From assembly GCA_001949185.1 (NCBI GenBank), contig BDGG01000004.1:459620-523619 (forward strand): 64,000 nt of DNA. Reading direction: 5' to 3'. The notes beneath the pieces were generated by a model. It was not told where the DNA came from. It made no database searches and saw nothing but the letters and a program-made list of their open reading frames with translations. Below are positions 23,001 through 33,883 of this stretch, one piece after another; the first letter of the stretch is position 1; each line of letters starts with the position of its first letter. This DNA is from Ramazzottius varieornatus. Lineage: Eukaryota; Animalia; Tardigrada. The position numbers and the translations under genes are program-made.

Positions 23001-23210
23001 TGAAGATTCCGGTACAGAGCTCAACTGCTGCGGCCGTTTTTCTCCGTTCACTTTGCACGAAGAGAGTTTCGGGGAGTTTACCGACGCATATTTCGAACCA
23101 ACCGAGGACGAAGAGTTCCGTGAAGAATTTCTGGAGGATGTTTCGTAGTGACGACTGGGGCGGGAATCGTTGTGGTAACGATCACGGTGATCAGCGTCTG
23201 CTCGCGACAT
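20015..23210 (-). CDS. ZCCHC8: Zinc finger CCHC domain-containing protein 8 (NEXT complex subunit), multi-exon
   Basis: Zinc knuckle CFNCGGNHSLMECAEPRDFARINVKRKEF, then SRYH, then the PSP domain (SDQLRTAL...PSWIFRMRECGYPPGW...YDLSKLPVFPGF). The C-terminus has LPDNSRFAEGVTPWPFEE...GRYANI. The N-terminus is a long R/S/K-rich disordered region; the start codon is inferred. Confidence 0.88.
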
Positions 23211-23866
23211 CTTTCTGCTTTCAATACAGCACGAGCTCTTCTACCACCTATCAAAACCGGGAAGCATTCACCGATCCGGGATCACGGTATCAGATGACGG
23301 AGGAACGCAAACGATTACAAAACTAGAAGAAAACTGCTTTTTGTATTTTCGTTTCTCAGCGTGGCGTCACTGAGCACAGCCCTGAGCATCCTGATGGAAA
23401 CCGGCACGGCCTGGAGTTGTCTGACGTGGAAGCAATGCAACTGTGTACTGTGGAACTGCGGACTCTATGTCATGAAGTTGTGGGTATTTCGATTAACCGG
23501 CGGACGACGTAATTTTCATGCCAAGCACCGTTCAGACCTTTACGCGCAACACCACGTGTCCTCATTACGCCACTATCCGGACGCGCGGGACTGCGGAGTG
23601 CGGAGTGGAATCCGTTCAAAACCGCGGACTCGACACTTCGAAAGACCACAACAGCAGTTTCCGCAAACCAATCCCGCTTCTTCCCCGAGCAACATGGCCA
23701 GCCTGTACCGTACTAAGTGGCATCACACCAACGGGATTTCCAGGTGACCGTTGCAGTCAACGTCATTACGATCTGCTTCCGTTCGTTGCTTTCTTTTCGG
23801 CCGTCAGATTCTTTCTTCCATCGTATCTTCCTGTAAAATCCTGCTGGAAATTCGGGCTAGACCATC

Positions 23867-26117
23867 ATGGCGAAGCTTCTTCGCCTCGGCGCTCTCGCCG
23901 GTTTGTTGCTTGTGCTTTCTCCTGTAGTGTTCGCCCAAGACGCCAACACACCTCCAACGGATACCGCTACTCCTCCGGCCGATCCTGCCGCGGTTCCCGC
24001 GACTACTCCCTCTCCTGATCCCAACGCTTCTACCGGCCAGACTACTCCTGATGCCAGCCAGGCATCAACCACGTCCCCCAACCCTAACCAACAACAGCAA
24101 CAAGGTGGGCAACAACAACAGCAACAGGGACAGAACGAGCTGGTGGTCGAGAATCCCGACTACGACTACGCCCTACCGCAGTCTCCATGGTCTGCCGATC
24201 GCAAGTGCACCTACCGCATCTCGGAGATCAACTGCAAGGGCCGCATGCATGCCGGCACACCCTGGAGTAACGGTCAGTTCCAGCCCTACGTCGAGATCGA
24301 GGTGTCCTGTCCCGCCGATCGCAACGTCCCCTTTCAAGCCGGTCCCGGCCCCTTGACCGAGAATCTGTACCTGGTCATTTGGGATTTCGAAGCGGAAAAG
24401 TCTCGTGTCATCCTGCCACTGCGCGAAACCCCGACGGCGACACCCCGTGGCGGTAACAAGCGCTTCTTGGTGGCTTCTCGCGATACTCCCGGTAGTTCGT
24501 GGGCAGTATACGGCACGGCGTGGGCATGGCATGAGGGATGGTATGACAGGTTTTGGCAATTTATATTTCTTTCTCATGTATATAATCGGCGATTCTTTCG
24601 TCGAATATGTGTGGTTGAATGTGGGGTTCGGTTTTGCAGGTACAACGACATTGAGTTTTCCCGCGATATTGCCTTCAAGCGGGATGTGTACCTCAAGGCC
24701 GAGGATCCCTACTACTTCTCCTGGTTGCCTTCGGACGACTTCTACGGCGCTGTGGCCCTGTACTCGGACTGGAACGTCAGCCAGATGACTCCTTGCTCCA
24801 GCCAACTCTACCGATACAGCGATGGCTCTTGCAATGGCTTCAAGTCCGTACCTCTGGACGTTTCGCAGATTGTGGTAAGCCAACTGGTGTGATTTCTGAA
24901 TGAAAAGCGATCGTAGGTAGATGCTCGAATATGTTCTTTCTCGAAACCTAAAACGTCCAAAACAAATATTGATGATCCTCTTGTGATAGTTCATCAATGA
25001 ATGTGACTGCTTTCGATCGACTTTTCCAGTACTTATTCCTCCTCTGTTGATCGACATTCCAATGAAACTTAAAAATGGAACCTTTTTCTCCATTTTTTGA
25101 AGGACAATCCCCTGTTGTACGACTTCGTGCCTGTCAGCTGCGGGGCCCAGAGCAATAAGACATTCTCCAAGTACCCCGAGATGACGTTCTTCAACGACAT
25201 CACGGACAGTGAGATCGATTTGTCTATCTCCCGAGTTCTGAAGCACGAGAACGGAGACCAAGGAAGCCAGGACCAGGATAATCAGCAAGGCCAGATCGGC
25301 CAAGGAAACCAAACTCAGGGCGGACAAAGCAACCAGACTAGCCAGGGAACCCAAACCAGCCAGTGGACCCCGGCCGATCAGGGAAACCAGACATCCCAGG
25401 GAGATCAGGCTGGTCAACAGCAAGGTGGTCAACAGGGCAGTCAGCAAGGAAGTCTGGCTGTTCAACAGAGCCAGAGCGGACAAGGCCAGCAATATCGGTA
25501 TAACTCCTTGAAGACCAGTTTCGTCGCCAGCCTTCCCACACCGGGAGCTTCCAACGTCCCTTTGTCACGAGCTCAAGAATGCCTGAACTTCCAAGATGGG
25601 CAACAAAGCACAGCCTGCCGGTAAGCTACTGTATTTCGAAGAAGGCTGAAGTGGAAGGTCGGCAATCGAACTCGACAGGACCGTTTTTCCCAAGTGGCGC
25701 ACACGTCAGCCAATAACACTGAAACATACGCCACTTGATAAGATTGTTACCATCGATTTCTAAGTGGCGCATGCTTTTAACCAGGAACCCCTGGAAACCT
25801 TGCACCACTTGGGAAGACTGTCTTGTCGACTTTGTTTGTGGGCTCCTAATTCACTCGGAGTTTCACGAAATAGTATTCTTTGCAGAGTACCCAAGGTGGA
25901 GACCAAGAACCCTTTCCTGTTGGTCCAACGTGACAACCAGTGGGCTCAGGCCGCTCAGCGACTGGTCGAGAAGATGTTCGTGATTGACCAAAACAAGACT
26001 TCCGGTGGAAATGATGGCGGAAACCAGACCAACAACGGAACAGCAGCTGATGCCGGAAGCGCCACGACCAACACTGTGGCTGGCGCCCCCACGGACAGCA
26101 CGACTCCGACCGCCTAA
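23867..26117 (+). CDS. Secreted Thr/Pro- and Gln-rich protein with a putative lamin-tail-domain-like (bacterial LTD type) core
   Basis: Signal peptide MAKLLRLGALAGLLLVLSPVVFA. Exons 23867-24540, 24640-24874, 25103-25620 and 25886-26117 are phase compatible. Ordered motifs: ISEIN, YVEIE, LYLVIWD, FLVAS, GAVALYS, LSISRV, PTPGASN. The gene is well supported; the domain call is inference. Confidence 0.75.
25648..25850. mobile_element. MITE-like family A copy with two hairpin modules, intronic
   Basis: gtcggcaatcga, then cccaagtggcgcac..atacgccacttga and ctaagtggcgcat..tgcaccacttggga. Confidence 0.6.
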
Positions 26118-27601
26118 GGAACTCTCTTGAGTTTCACGGTTTACCTGTCAGATTCACTTTCCTTGTTTAGACTGTAATTGTGTCCTGATGTTGCTGCAGC
26201 AAATATCAGGCACCGGGTTTTCTTACGAGCTCGTCTTGGTGGAGACGTTCCCCGACTGCAATGAATGTTTTTCTTGTTCTTGGTAACTTTCTGCTTATCT
26301 GCACGTTGATTTTTCGTGCTAGTTTTTTCGATTGCTTAAATTTTAGAATATGATGTGAAGACCTCGAATCTCATCCTAAAGTTTTTTGGATAACTGAGCA
26401 AAACTTTCTCGCAATGGAAGAGCTGCATTCTTGAGAGGTCAGCACTTCAGATAGTTTATCGCAGATTGGGCGGCATATCTGATAGCGATTAGTCGAGGCT
26501 GCTTCGTATCCCTGATTTTCTGGTTATCACTGGCTTCAACAATGTATGATTTAATATTGCGAATTCTGCGATAAGTGTCTCGTATTTACCTACGTGAAAT
26601 TCAACAGTATTGGAAATAATGCACCGTTGGGAAATTGTCGGTCGGGTCTTGGCCAGTTTGCAGTTGTGGGTCACAGTTCGATCTAATCTGCAGAACACCT
26701 GATCGACTAGTCAGACCAAACGTTGTTGGAACTTATCCTGCTATAGAGATAAACTTCTTTTTCTGGAACTGGTGGAAACTAAAGAGGAACTATTATTTCA
26801 GCCGATCCAAAATTCAGCAGTTCCAAATCCGAAAACTGGAATACATGCGCCAGATACATCCCTCTCCAAGGATTTGCGGTAAGTTGTAATTCGGGAGTGA
26901 AGGACTCTCTGTGTGCTTGTTGTAGCCTTCGAGATTCAATCGTATTAGTAGTCGCGCTGTGAATTGGTCGCGTATGCACGTGCTTCCGTACCGCTGTAGC
27001 GAAAAGGTCTGTTCCATAATTTCCCGTCGTGCGTGCAGTCCCTCCGGGACAATCCACAAATCGGATGGCCAGGATAACGTGATAACGTGATTACACTTGT
27101 TTTCCATACAGAATCTTTGTGCACGTGCTGGTGTTGGAAGGGCGAACAACGCGGTCCATTTCCGGTCTGTTTGATATGCTGAACGGATCTGAATAGATTC
27201 AATGTTGAATGACAATTGCCGATTAGGAGGAGTGATCTATATCAAAGCGAGCACCTTGCAGAAAAGAGAAAGGCAGAGGTCGACGTACGTACAACATGGT
27301 GACGTCAGCGCCCCCTACACTTCCGCCACGTGGTTACGGCTAGACACTCATGGAAGCACGTGATATAGTACCAAAATAGCCCATTGGGAAATCTGCTGTT
27401 TTCATTTTTCCGTTATCTTTTGAACGCCAGCCGCCAGATGCAGACCCCAGAGGGGCATGCCAGATCTTTTCTCGTCGTTTATTCCACCTTGATGCCTCCC
27501 GGCGATTGATGTGGTTCACACCTTGAAACTTCACCGCAAATGTTGGTTTGTGCTTGCAGATTATCCATCCCCTGCAGTCGTGAACGATTTGGCCTGCAAC
27601 C

Positions 27602-30600
27602 ATGACTTCGTCGCCAGAGACGTCGCGAGGAAAGGCAAACGTGCCGAATGGTCAGCTCAAGCTTACCACCAACGATGAGAGCTCAACGCCGCTCATCCTG
27701 CCTCGCCACTCCGGCCACCTTGACCGTAAGTATTAACGATCCCGTCGACCGCGCACTACCCTGTGGGATAATCAGGAATGTTTTCGTCGCCAGGTTCAGT
27801 CAGTCCACGGTCGGACAAATATTCGATCGCATCTAGTTACTACGAAGTACCAGAAGAGCTGATCGGCGTGGAAAATTTGGATAATATCACTCTCAGGTGT
27901 GTTGCACATGCTTCATACATGCTCATAGACGCTGAATCAGAATTCAATTCTAAACAAAAATTCATGAAGATTGCATTCCGTAAATTTGTACCGTGGACGC
28001 TGCAGTTATGTAACGGTGTCGCCCCCGTGCAATTTTACGAATTACATTGATAAAAGTATTTATCGATGCTTTCGATAAAAGTATTTATCGATGCTTTCGA
28101 TAAAAGTATTTATCGATGCATTAACATTTACATATGTATTCGATTTCGGATGGATCGTGAGGGAGTTTGGCCCTTCTCGCTGGCCGTAATTTATTTGTTT
28201 CATGTTGACGAATGTTTTTGTCTTGTAGTTGGTACGGGATCAACGTGTGGCTTCCCCCTCCGCCTGCAAAGCTCTGCGGTTTGATCAAGCCTCCACCGGA
28301 ACAACGGGTGCGGAAGCAGATCGTGAACAACGTCAACGGAATCGTCCGCCCCGGAGAGCTGCTCGCGATCATGGGTGCGTATTTACCTGTCACAACATCA
28401 GACGAGATTTTGCATAGTCATTCATCAGATTGAGAGTGACTGCGATCGGTGAAACTGAACGTGCGAATTGCCCCGCAGGTGCCAGTGGAGCAGGAAAGAC
28501 GACGCTATTGAACGTCCTCAACGGGTGAGTGCCGCTTTTATCCGCATGTCGCGGCTAATTTTAGCGATCGTGTAAACCGGATTATATGCCATGTCCTTAC
28601 AATCGATAGACGGAACCGAGGCGCCCTAAAGATTGAAGGATCGATTTGCATCAACAACAGGAAGGTTGGCAAAGCCATTACCAGCATTTCTGCCTACGTT
28701 CAGCAGGTAAAAAAAATGCTTCATCACGACGGTCTGAAATTCAAGCAGTTTTGAGCTGTTTATAGGTCAAAACCCAGTAGAAAATACGAGCGCAAAATGC
28801 AGTCACACAAGCTGACTTCTTTGAATTAAGTTAGGTTCAACTGTAGGAATTTCCAAACCTAGAGTATTCGCCAGCTCTTTGTTTTTATTTTGAAATAATT
28901 TTCAGGTTGATTTGTTCATCGGAACTCTGACGGTCCGTGAGCACCTCATCTTTCAAAGCCAACTGCGTATGGACAAGCATATGTCTTCCGCGGACCGGAT
29001 GCGTCGCGTGGAGGAAGTCATTGGCGAGCTGGGGCTGATCAAGTGTCAGAACACGATGATCGGTATTCCCGGCCGCATAAAGGGTATTTCGGGTGGGGAG
29101 ATGAAACGTCTGGCTTTCGCGTCCGAAGTCCTCACGAACCCTCCGCTGATGTTCTGTGATGAGCCCACCTCTGGTTTGGACGCTTTCATGGCGCAGAACG
29201 TCATTACTGTTCTCCGCGAGATGGCAGCCAAGGGCAAGACGGTGGTTGTCACGATTCACCAACCTTCGTCCGAGGTCTTCGCCATGTTCGACCGGCTGCT
29301 ACTCATGTCAGAAGGACGCGTAGCTTACCTTGGTTCGTTGGGGATCCCTAGACCCTTTCTCGTCCATTCTCTGACGGTTTCTGGTTCGCGAAGCTGTCAG
29401 CTCGGTTATGTAAAGCGGACAGGATAGTCTTTCATGCACCTGCATTCTTGCGTTTTTTCGTAGCTACGCGCTTCCAGTATGTAGGTGTGTCAAAGATAAT
29501 CTCTTTTGTCTGCCGGCCTTCCTAGTGCTGGTACAGTACGGTGGAACTGAGAGATTATGACTGATGATTTTCGGAACCTTTCGACAAACTTTGACGAATC
29601 TTTTCTGGTGTTTTTTTTCAGGTCGTGCCAACGCAGCCAAGGACTTCTTCGCTCAGCTCGGCTCTCCCTGTCCGCCCAACTTCAACCCTGCTGACCACTA
29701 CATCCACCGTCTCGCCATCGTTCCCGGCAAGGAAGCTGAATGTCGAGAGCGAGCGAAGAAGGTCTGCGACACCTTCGCCTCCTCCAAGAAAGCCATGAAC
29801 ATCGAGGACGTTACCAGACAGATGGCCGACGAGAGTAGCCGGCTACCTACCAGTGGGGCCTCCAGCAAACGTTCGGCCTACAAGGCTTCGTGGTTCAGCC
29901 AATTCCGTTCTGTCTTGTGGAGAGCTAGCTTGGGGCTGATCAGGGAACCGCTGATCATTAGGGTCCGATTGTTCCAGACGGTATTCATAGCCTTGCTGCT
30001 GGGGTTGATTTACCTGCAGCAGGAAATGACCGACGAAGGCGCCATGAATATTAATGGTGTTATTTTCCTGTTTCTTACAAACATGGTAAATTATGAATGA
30101 GTTCTTTCCGGACTATTGCTTCAGACGATAATGTCTTCCTTTCTCTTTTCAGACTTTTGGAAACCTCTTCGCAGTAGTCAACGTCTTCACGCAAGAACTT
30201 CCCATCTTCCTTCGTGAGCATTCTAACGGGATGTACCGGGTCGACGTCTACTACATCTGTAAGGTGCTAGTCGACGTTCCGACCTTCATCGTCCTCCCCT
30301 TCATATTCACGACTATCTGCTACTGGATGATCGGCCTCCATCCGGACCCCATAGCCTTCCTGACAGCTTGCGGCATCGTGATTCTCATCACGAACGCCGC
30401 CGTCAGCTTCGGCTACTTCCTATCTTGCTTGGCGGGCACCGAGAGCCTGGCGTTAGCTCTGGCACCAACCTGCATCATTCCTCTGATGTTGTTTGGTGGT
30501 TTCTTCTTGAACAGCGGAACTGTGCCCAGTTACTTCATATGGCTAGCGGTAAGTTTACGTTTTAAAAAATCATGCCCGGTCATGATTTCCTGCTACAATG

Positions 30601-30917
30601 CACCTTTTACTGCTGGCGCCGGGAACATGGTCTGTAGTGACTGGGCGATCATTTTCTGTGTCGTGTTTTTGCAGTACATTTCCTGGTTCAAGTACGGCAA
30701 CGAAGCCCTGGCCATCAACCAGTGGTCTCGTGTGGAGAACATCACCTGCACTTCGACCGCTGCTTCAAGATGTGCCAGTAATGGTCATGCCATTTTGAGG
30801 ATGTCGAGTTTCAAGGAAGAAAACTTTGCGCTGGATATCTGGATGCTTTTTGTTCTGATTGCGGCTTTCCGCTTTTTGGGCTTTGTCGCCTTGGCTATCC
30901 GAGCTCGGCGAAACTAG
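27602..30917 (+). CDS. w: ABCG half-transporter, white-like
   Basis: [10 protein letters not shown]|[13 protein letters not shown] (Walker A), [33 protein letters not shown] (signature and Walker B typical of white), [17 protein letters not shown], and TM domain ELPIFLREH...FGGFFLN...[17 protein letters not shown]. About 10 exons. Confidence 0.92.
28049..28119. repeat. 25-bp tandem repeat (GATAAAAGTATTTATCGATGCTTTC x about 2.8) in a white intron
   Basis: Near-perfect tandem copies are directly visible. Confidence 0.9.
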
Positions 30918-31596
30918 AGCAATAATCCTGATGGCGTTTACTTCAGAGTATCTATCTTGTTCACTTGTCCGGCAAAGGAATACGATTTTTAAGGTGTTTC
31001 TTTGCACTGAGCACCTTTTGCCTGTGATTCGTTTTTTTATGGTGGTCATTGCAATGATTTCCTGCCCGATGCAATGATTTGTGATCGGAAGTTTTATGAT
31101 TAGAAAAAACTTAGTAATCTGATCACGAACCTGGTTTGAACTTACCGCAGTTTTAGATTGGATCTTGCAAAGACTTTGGTTCTGTACATTTGAACGTGAC
31201 ATTTGATATTAGGAGATCCGACCAATACCCACCCTATGTAAGCAATCGCGAGATTTCCAAGACGAGAACGTTATTTACGTAAGATTTCGGAGACCACCAC
31301 ACCCGCAAAGTGCAGTTTTTGATCGTAAGTAGAAAGGTCACTTATAATTAGCACTACAGACCGTGCACGGTCCGTGCTGCTTCGCAGTGTCTGGTAAGAA
31401 ACGGTACTATGACCTAACAATCGAGAGAAAAATTACTCAGAAGCAACGTCTTCAGAAGTGATTCAGCTAAAGAGATCGCCTGTCAGCTCTGGTCCTTCGG
31501 AATCGTGTCCAACACCACATGCTATACAAACATTTCTGACTGTCAAGTGTCTAATACCATCTGGCTGGGTGTTTTGTGCATCCACCACTTGAAAAA

Positions 31597-31754
31597 TATG
31601 AAAGCGTTAGGCCATACGATTATTTCAGTTTCTTACGTAAGTTCTGCGAGATTACCCGTCACCCTCCCCCCCCCCCGCAGCGTAAGAAAATGTAAGATTA
31701 TTACCTGGATTTTCCACCCCATGGGTGCTTACGTAATAGAAATACGGTCCCTTA
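31597..31754. mobile_element. Degenerate second MITE type (TTACGTAAG...CTTACGTAA subterminal inverted motif, poly-C core, ...GGTCCCTTAA end), PIF/Harbinger-like
   Basis: Inverted motifs at 31633 and 31728, with TTA/TAA flanks. The left end is degenerate and the superfamily call is from recollection. Confidence 0.4.
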
Positions 31755-31770
31755 ATACATGATGTATATT

Positions 31771-31885
31771 AACTGAAACGTCGGCAAATGAATTGAACAT
31801 GATCGTTATCTCAAGTGGCGCACGATCTCACTGTACGCCACTCGGGAAAACGATCCTGCTCAAGTCATTTGCCGCCGTCCCAGTT
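31771..31885. mobile_element. MITE-like element, family A (TIR approximately AACTGGGACGTCGGCAAATGA; internal AAGTGGCGCAC hairpin)
   Basis: aactgaaacgtcggcaaatga ... tcaagtggcgcac-9nt-gtacgccactcggga ... tcatttgccgccgtcccagtt; fully foldback. Confidence 0.7.
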
Positions 31886-31907
31886 TTAACCTACGAGGGA
31901 GAGCTTA

Positions 31908-32045
31908 TTGAGTTAGCCGGCTGTAGGAACGGTTGTTGAGCAAGCGACCAGTTATTAGGAGCAGGCCTTCAGAAGGCCTACTCGCTGCATTCTGTGGCTA
32001 ACTCAACAACCTCGGTCTACGCCGGCTAACTCAACAACCGTTCCT
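31908..32045. repeat. Nested palindromic/direct repeat element
   Basis: TTGAGTTAGCCGGC (31908) pairs with GCCGGCTAACTCAA (32021). AGGAACGGTTGTTGAG (31925) pairs with CTCAACAACCGTTCCT (32030). Central hairpin AGGCCTTC-A-GAAGGCCT at 31963. 16-bp direct repeat at 31996 and 32024. Confidence 0.8.
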
Positions 32046-33883
32046 TCGTTCAAGCACGATCTTCCGTACACGCGCAAAGGGAAAGTCTGGCGCAGTAAAA
32101 AGTTTGGATCAGACCGTTCCGCTACAGGGGCACGGACAGGTGCTTTTTGCTGCATGTAGAAAACAGCATAACTGGCCTTACTGCCGTACGTACGTGATGG
32201 GTTTCGGAACGAGCGGCTAGAAGCGTGACGCTTTTACTGGCTTCGTTGTACAGACGAGCAGCTTCAAGAACCACCTCGCGTTAAGCGAGTCGATCCACCT
32301 GGATCTCACTCATCCCAAAAAAGCTCTTATGGAGCTTATTGATTCCTGTTGCTCCCCACTTTGATCTGTTCTCTCTGCGTGTCCTTTGAATGTAGCTCAC
32401 CGTCGTGTGATAGAGTTGTCACGCAATCACCGGCTCGGCGGATGACAGATCAGTAATCATATCAAAACCGGACGATGTTGAGATTAGGTTGGGGATCTAA
32501 ATGAGACTTTACTACACACCTAAACGCCTTCGTTGTCGAAGTTCGAATGCCTTCCTTTCGGGAGGAGTCATGCGGTTTCATTGGTGATAGCTATTGAGCT
32601 TAGGTGTTGTACGTACTTCGTTCTCGCACAGAGTATCGTTGCGGAAGAAGTGAGTGGAAGCTGTTGGCCGTCTTGGCCGAGAGACTTTGGTCTTGAGTTT
32701 GGTGTGGGTTCGTGCGGCAATAAAGTTCCCCCCCCCCCTTTTTCCCAACGGTTTCATCTGTTTTTCCTCTCTAACAAGGCTGAGTGCCTCCAAGGACCTT
32801 CGACGACCTTCACCTGGTCAGGTAGCACTGCTCCCGCGGACAGTAGGATAAAGTATCCAGGATTCGGCCAGTAGCCTCTTCAAAAGGGATTAATGTCGGA
32901 TCTTCGAGGACTTCTTCCTTTCTGTGGACCGAAGCGAGGTAAGTCGTAAGATTTACAGGTAGCTAGCGGTGTGAAGTACAGGTGAGGCGTTTGCCTAATT
33001 TCTTGGAGTGCAGGAAGCTTTGTGGTGCGAGGTTACTGGACAACCGGCAGAAAGTACAGGGGGATACTGACGTGTGAGCTTGTGTAGGGAAATTACAGCT
33101 TGACCGAGTTTGCCGAGTCCTTTTATTCTATCAATTTAGAGTAACGTCTGAATAAATACTCCTCGCTACCGGACGTAAAACTTTGTTCATCGGGAGTTCT
33201 ACGGAGGCGACTGCCTTGTATTTCGAGCCGATATTCTTGGGCATTTTGCCCTTTGTAGGAAAGCCTTTGCAACAACGGTGAGGCTTCCGATGACGAATCA
33301 AGTACTAGTATCAACTGCAGCCATTGCCGGTATTTTCACCATATTGCTGATATTTTCTTCGTCCAGGTCGGATCGTTCCCCCATGATACCCCCTGACTGA
33401 AAACTGTTGCTCGCCTAATCTCCCCAATCATCGTGTTCGGGAAGATCTGTCGTGCGCTAGCAGTTCCAACACGGAAGACTCTGAGAAAGTCCCCGTAGTT
33501 CCTCTGCAACGTCATCGGGCGCGCCAACACGTAGGTTGCTGCTTGAACGTGCTGGCATCAACCAAGTGCGAACTGGCAGTTCGGTCGAGCCATGGCATGC
33601 AGTGATGTTCAGCTTCGTTACACATAAACCAGCACATTTCGACTACATGGTTCACCATGACACATGGCACCTACATGGCTACATGGCTGGCTGCTGATGG
33701 ACACAGCTGATTTTCCATCGGGTTATCTGGTGTGAGTGGTGTCCAGATTCACTTCCGGTCGCATGCGATAATTTTTATTTTTTACTGGCTAAAGTTGCTG
33801 AGCGCTTCTCATCGCTTTCTTCTTTGCAGGCTATTTCAGATGGACAATGGTGTATGATGCAAGCCTGAAATTGATATCTCGCG

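Noticed and set aside
24173-25492. 439-aa minus-strand ORF with a hydrophobic N-terminus
   Set aside because: It is the antisense shadow of the CAG/CAA-rich secreted gene; the Leu-richness is the reverse complement of Gln codons.
26480-27340. Short ORFs upstream of white
   Set aside because: No homology signal; probably promoter or intergenic sequence.
28049-28119. DRE-like (TATCGAT) motifs in the 25-bp tandem repeat as a regulatory array
   Set aside because: Not the full TATCGATA, intronic, and adequately explained by local slippage duplication.
32500-33700. Possible gene or retroelement upstream of MOGS
   Set aside because: No recognisable motifs or coherent exon chain in any frame.
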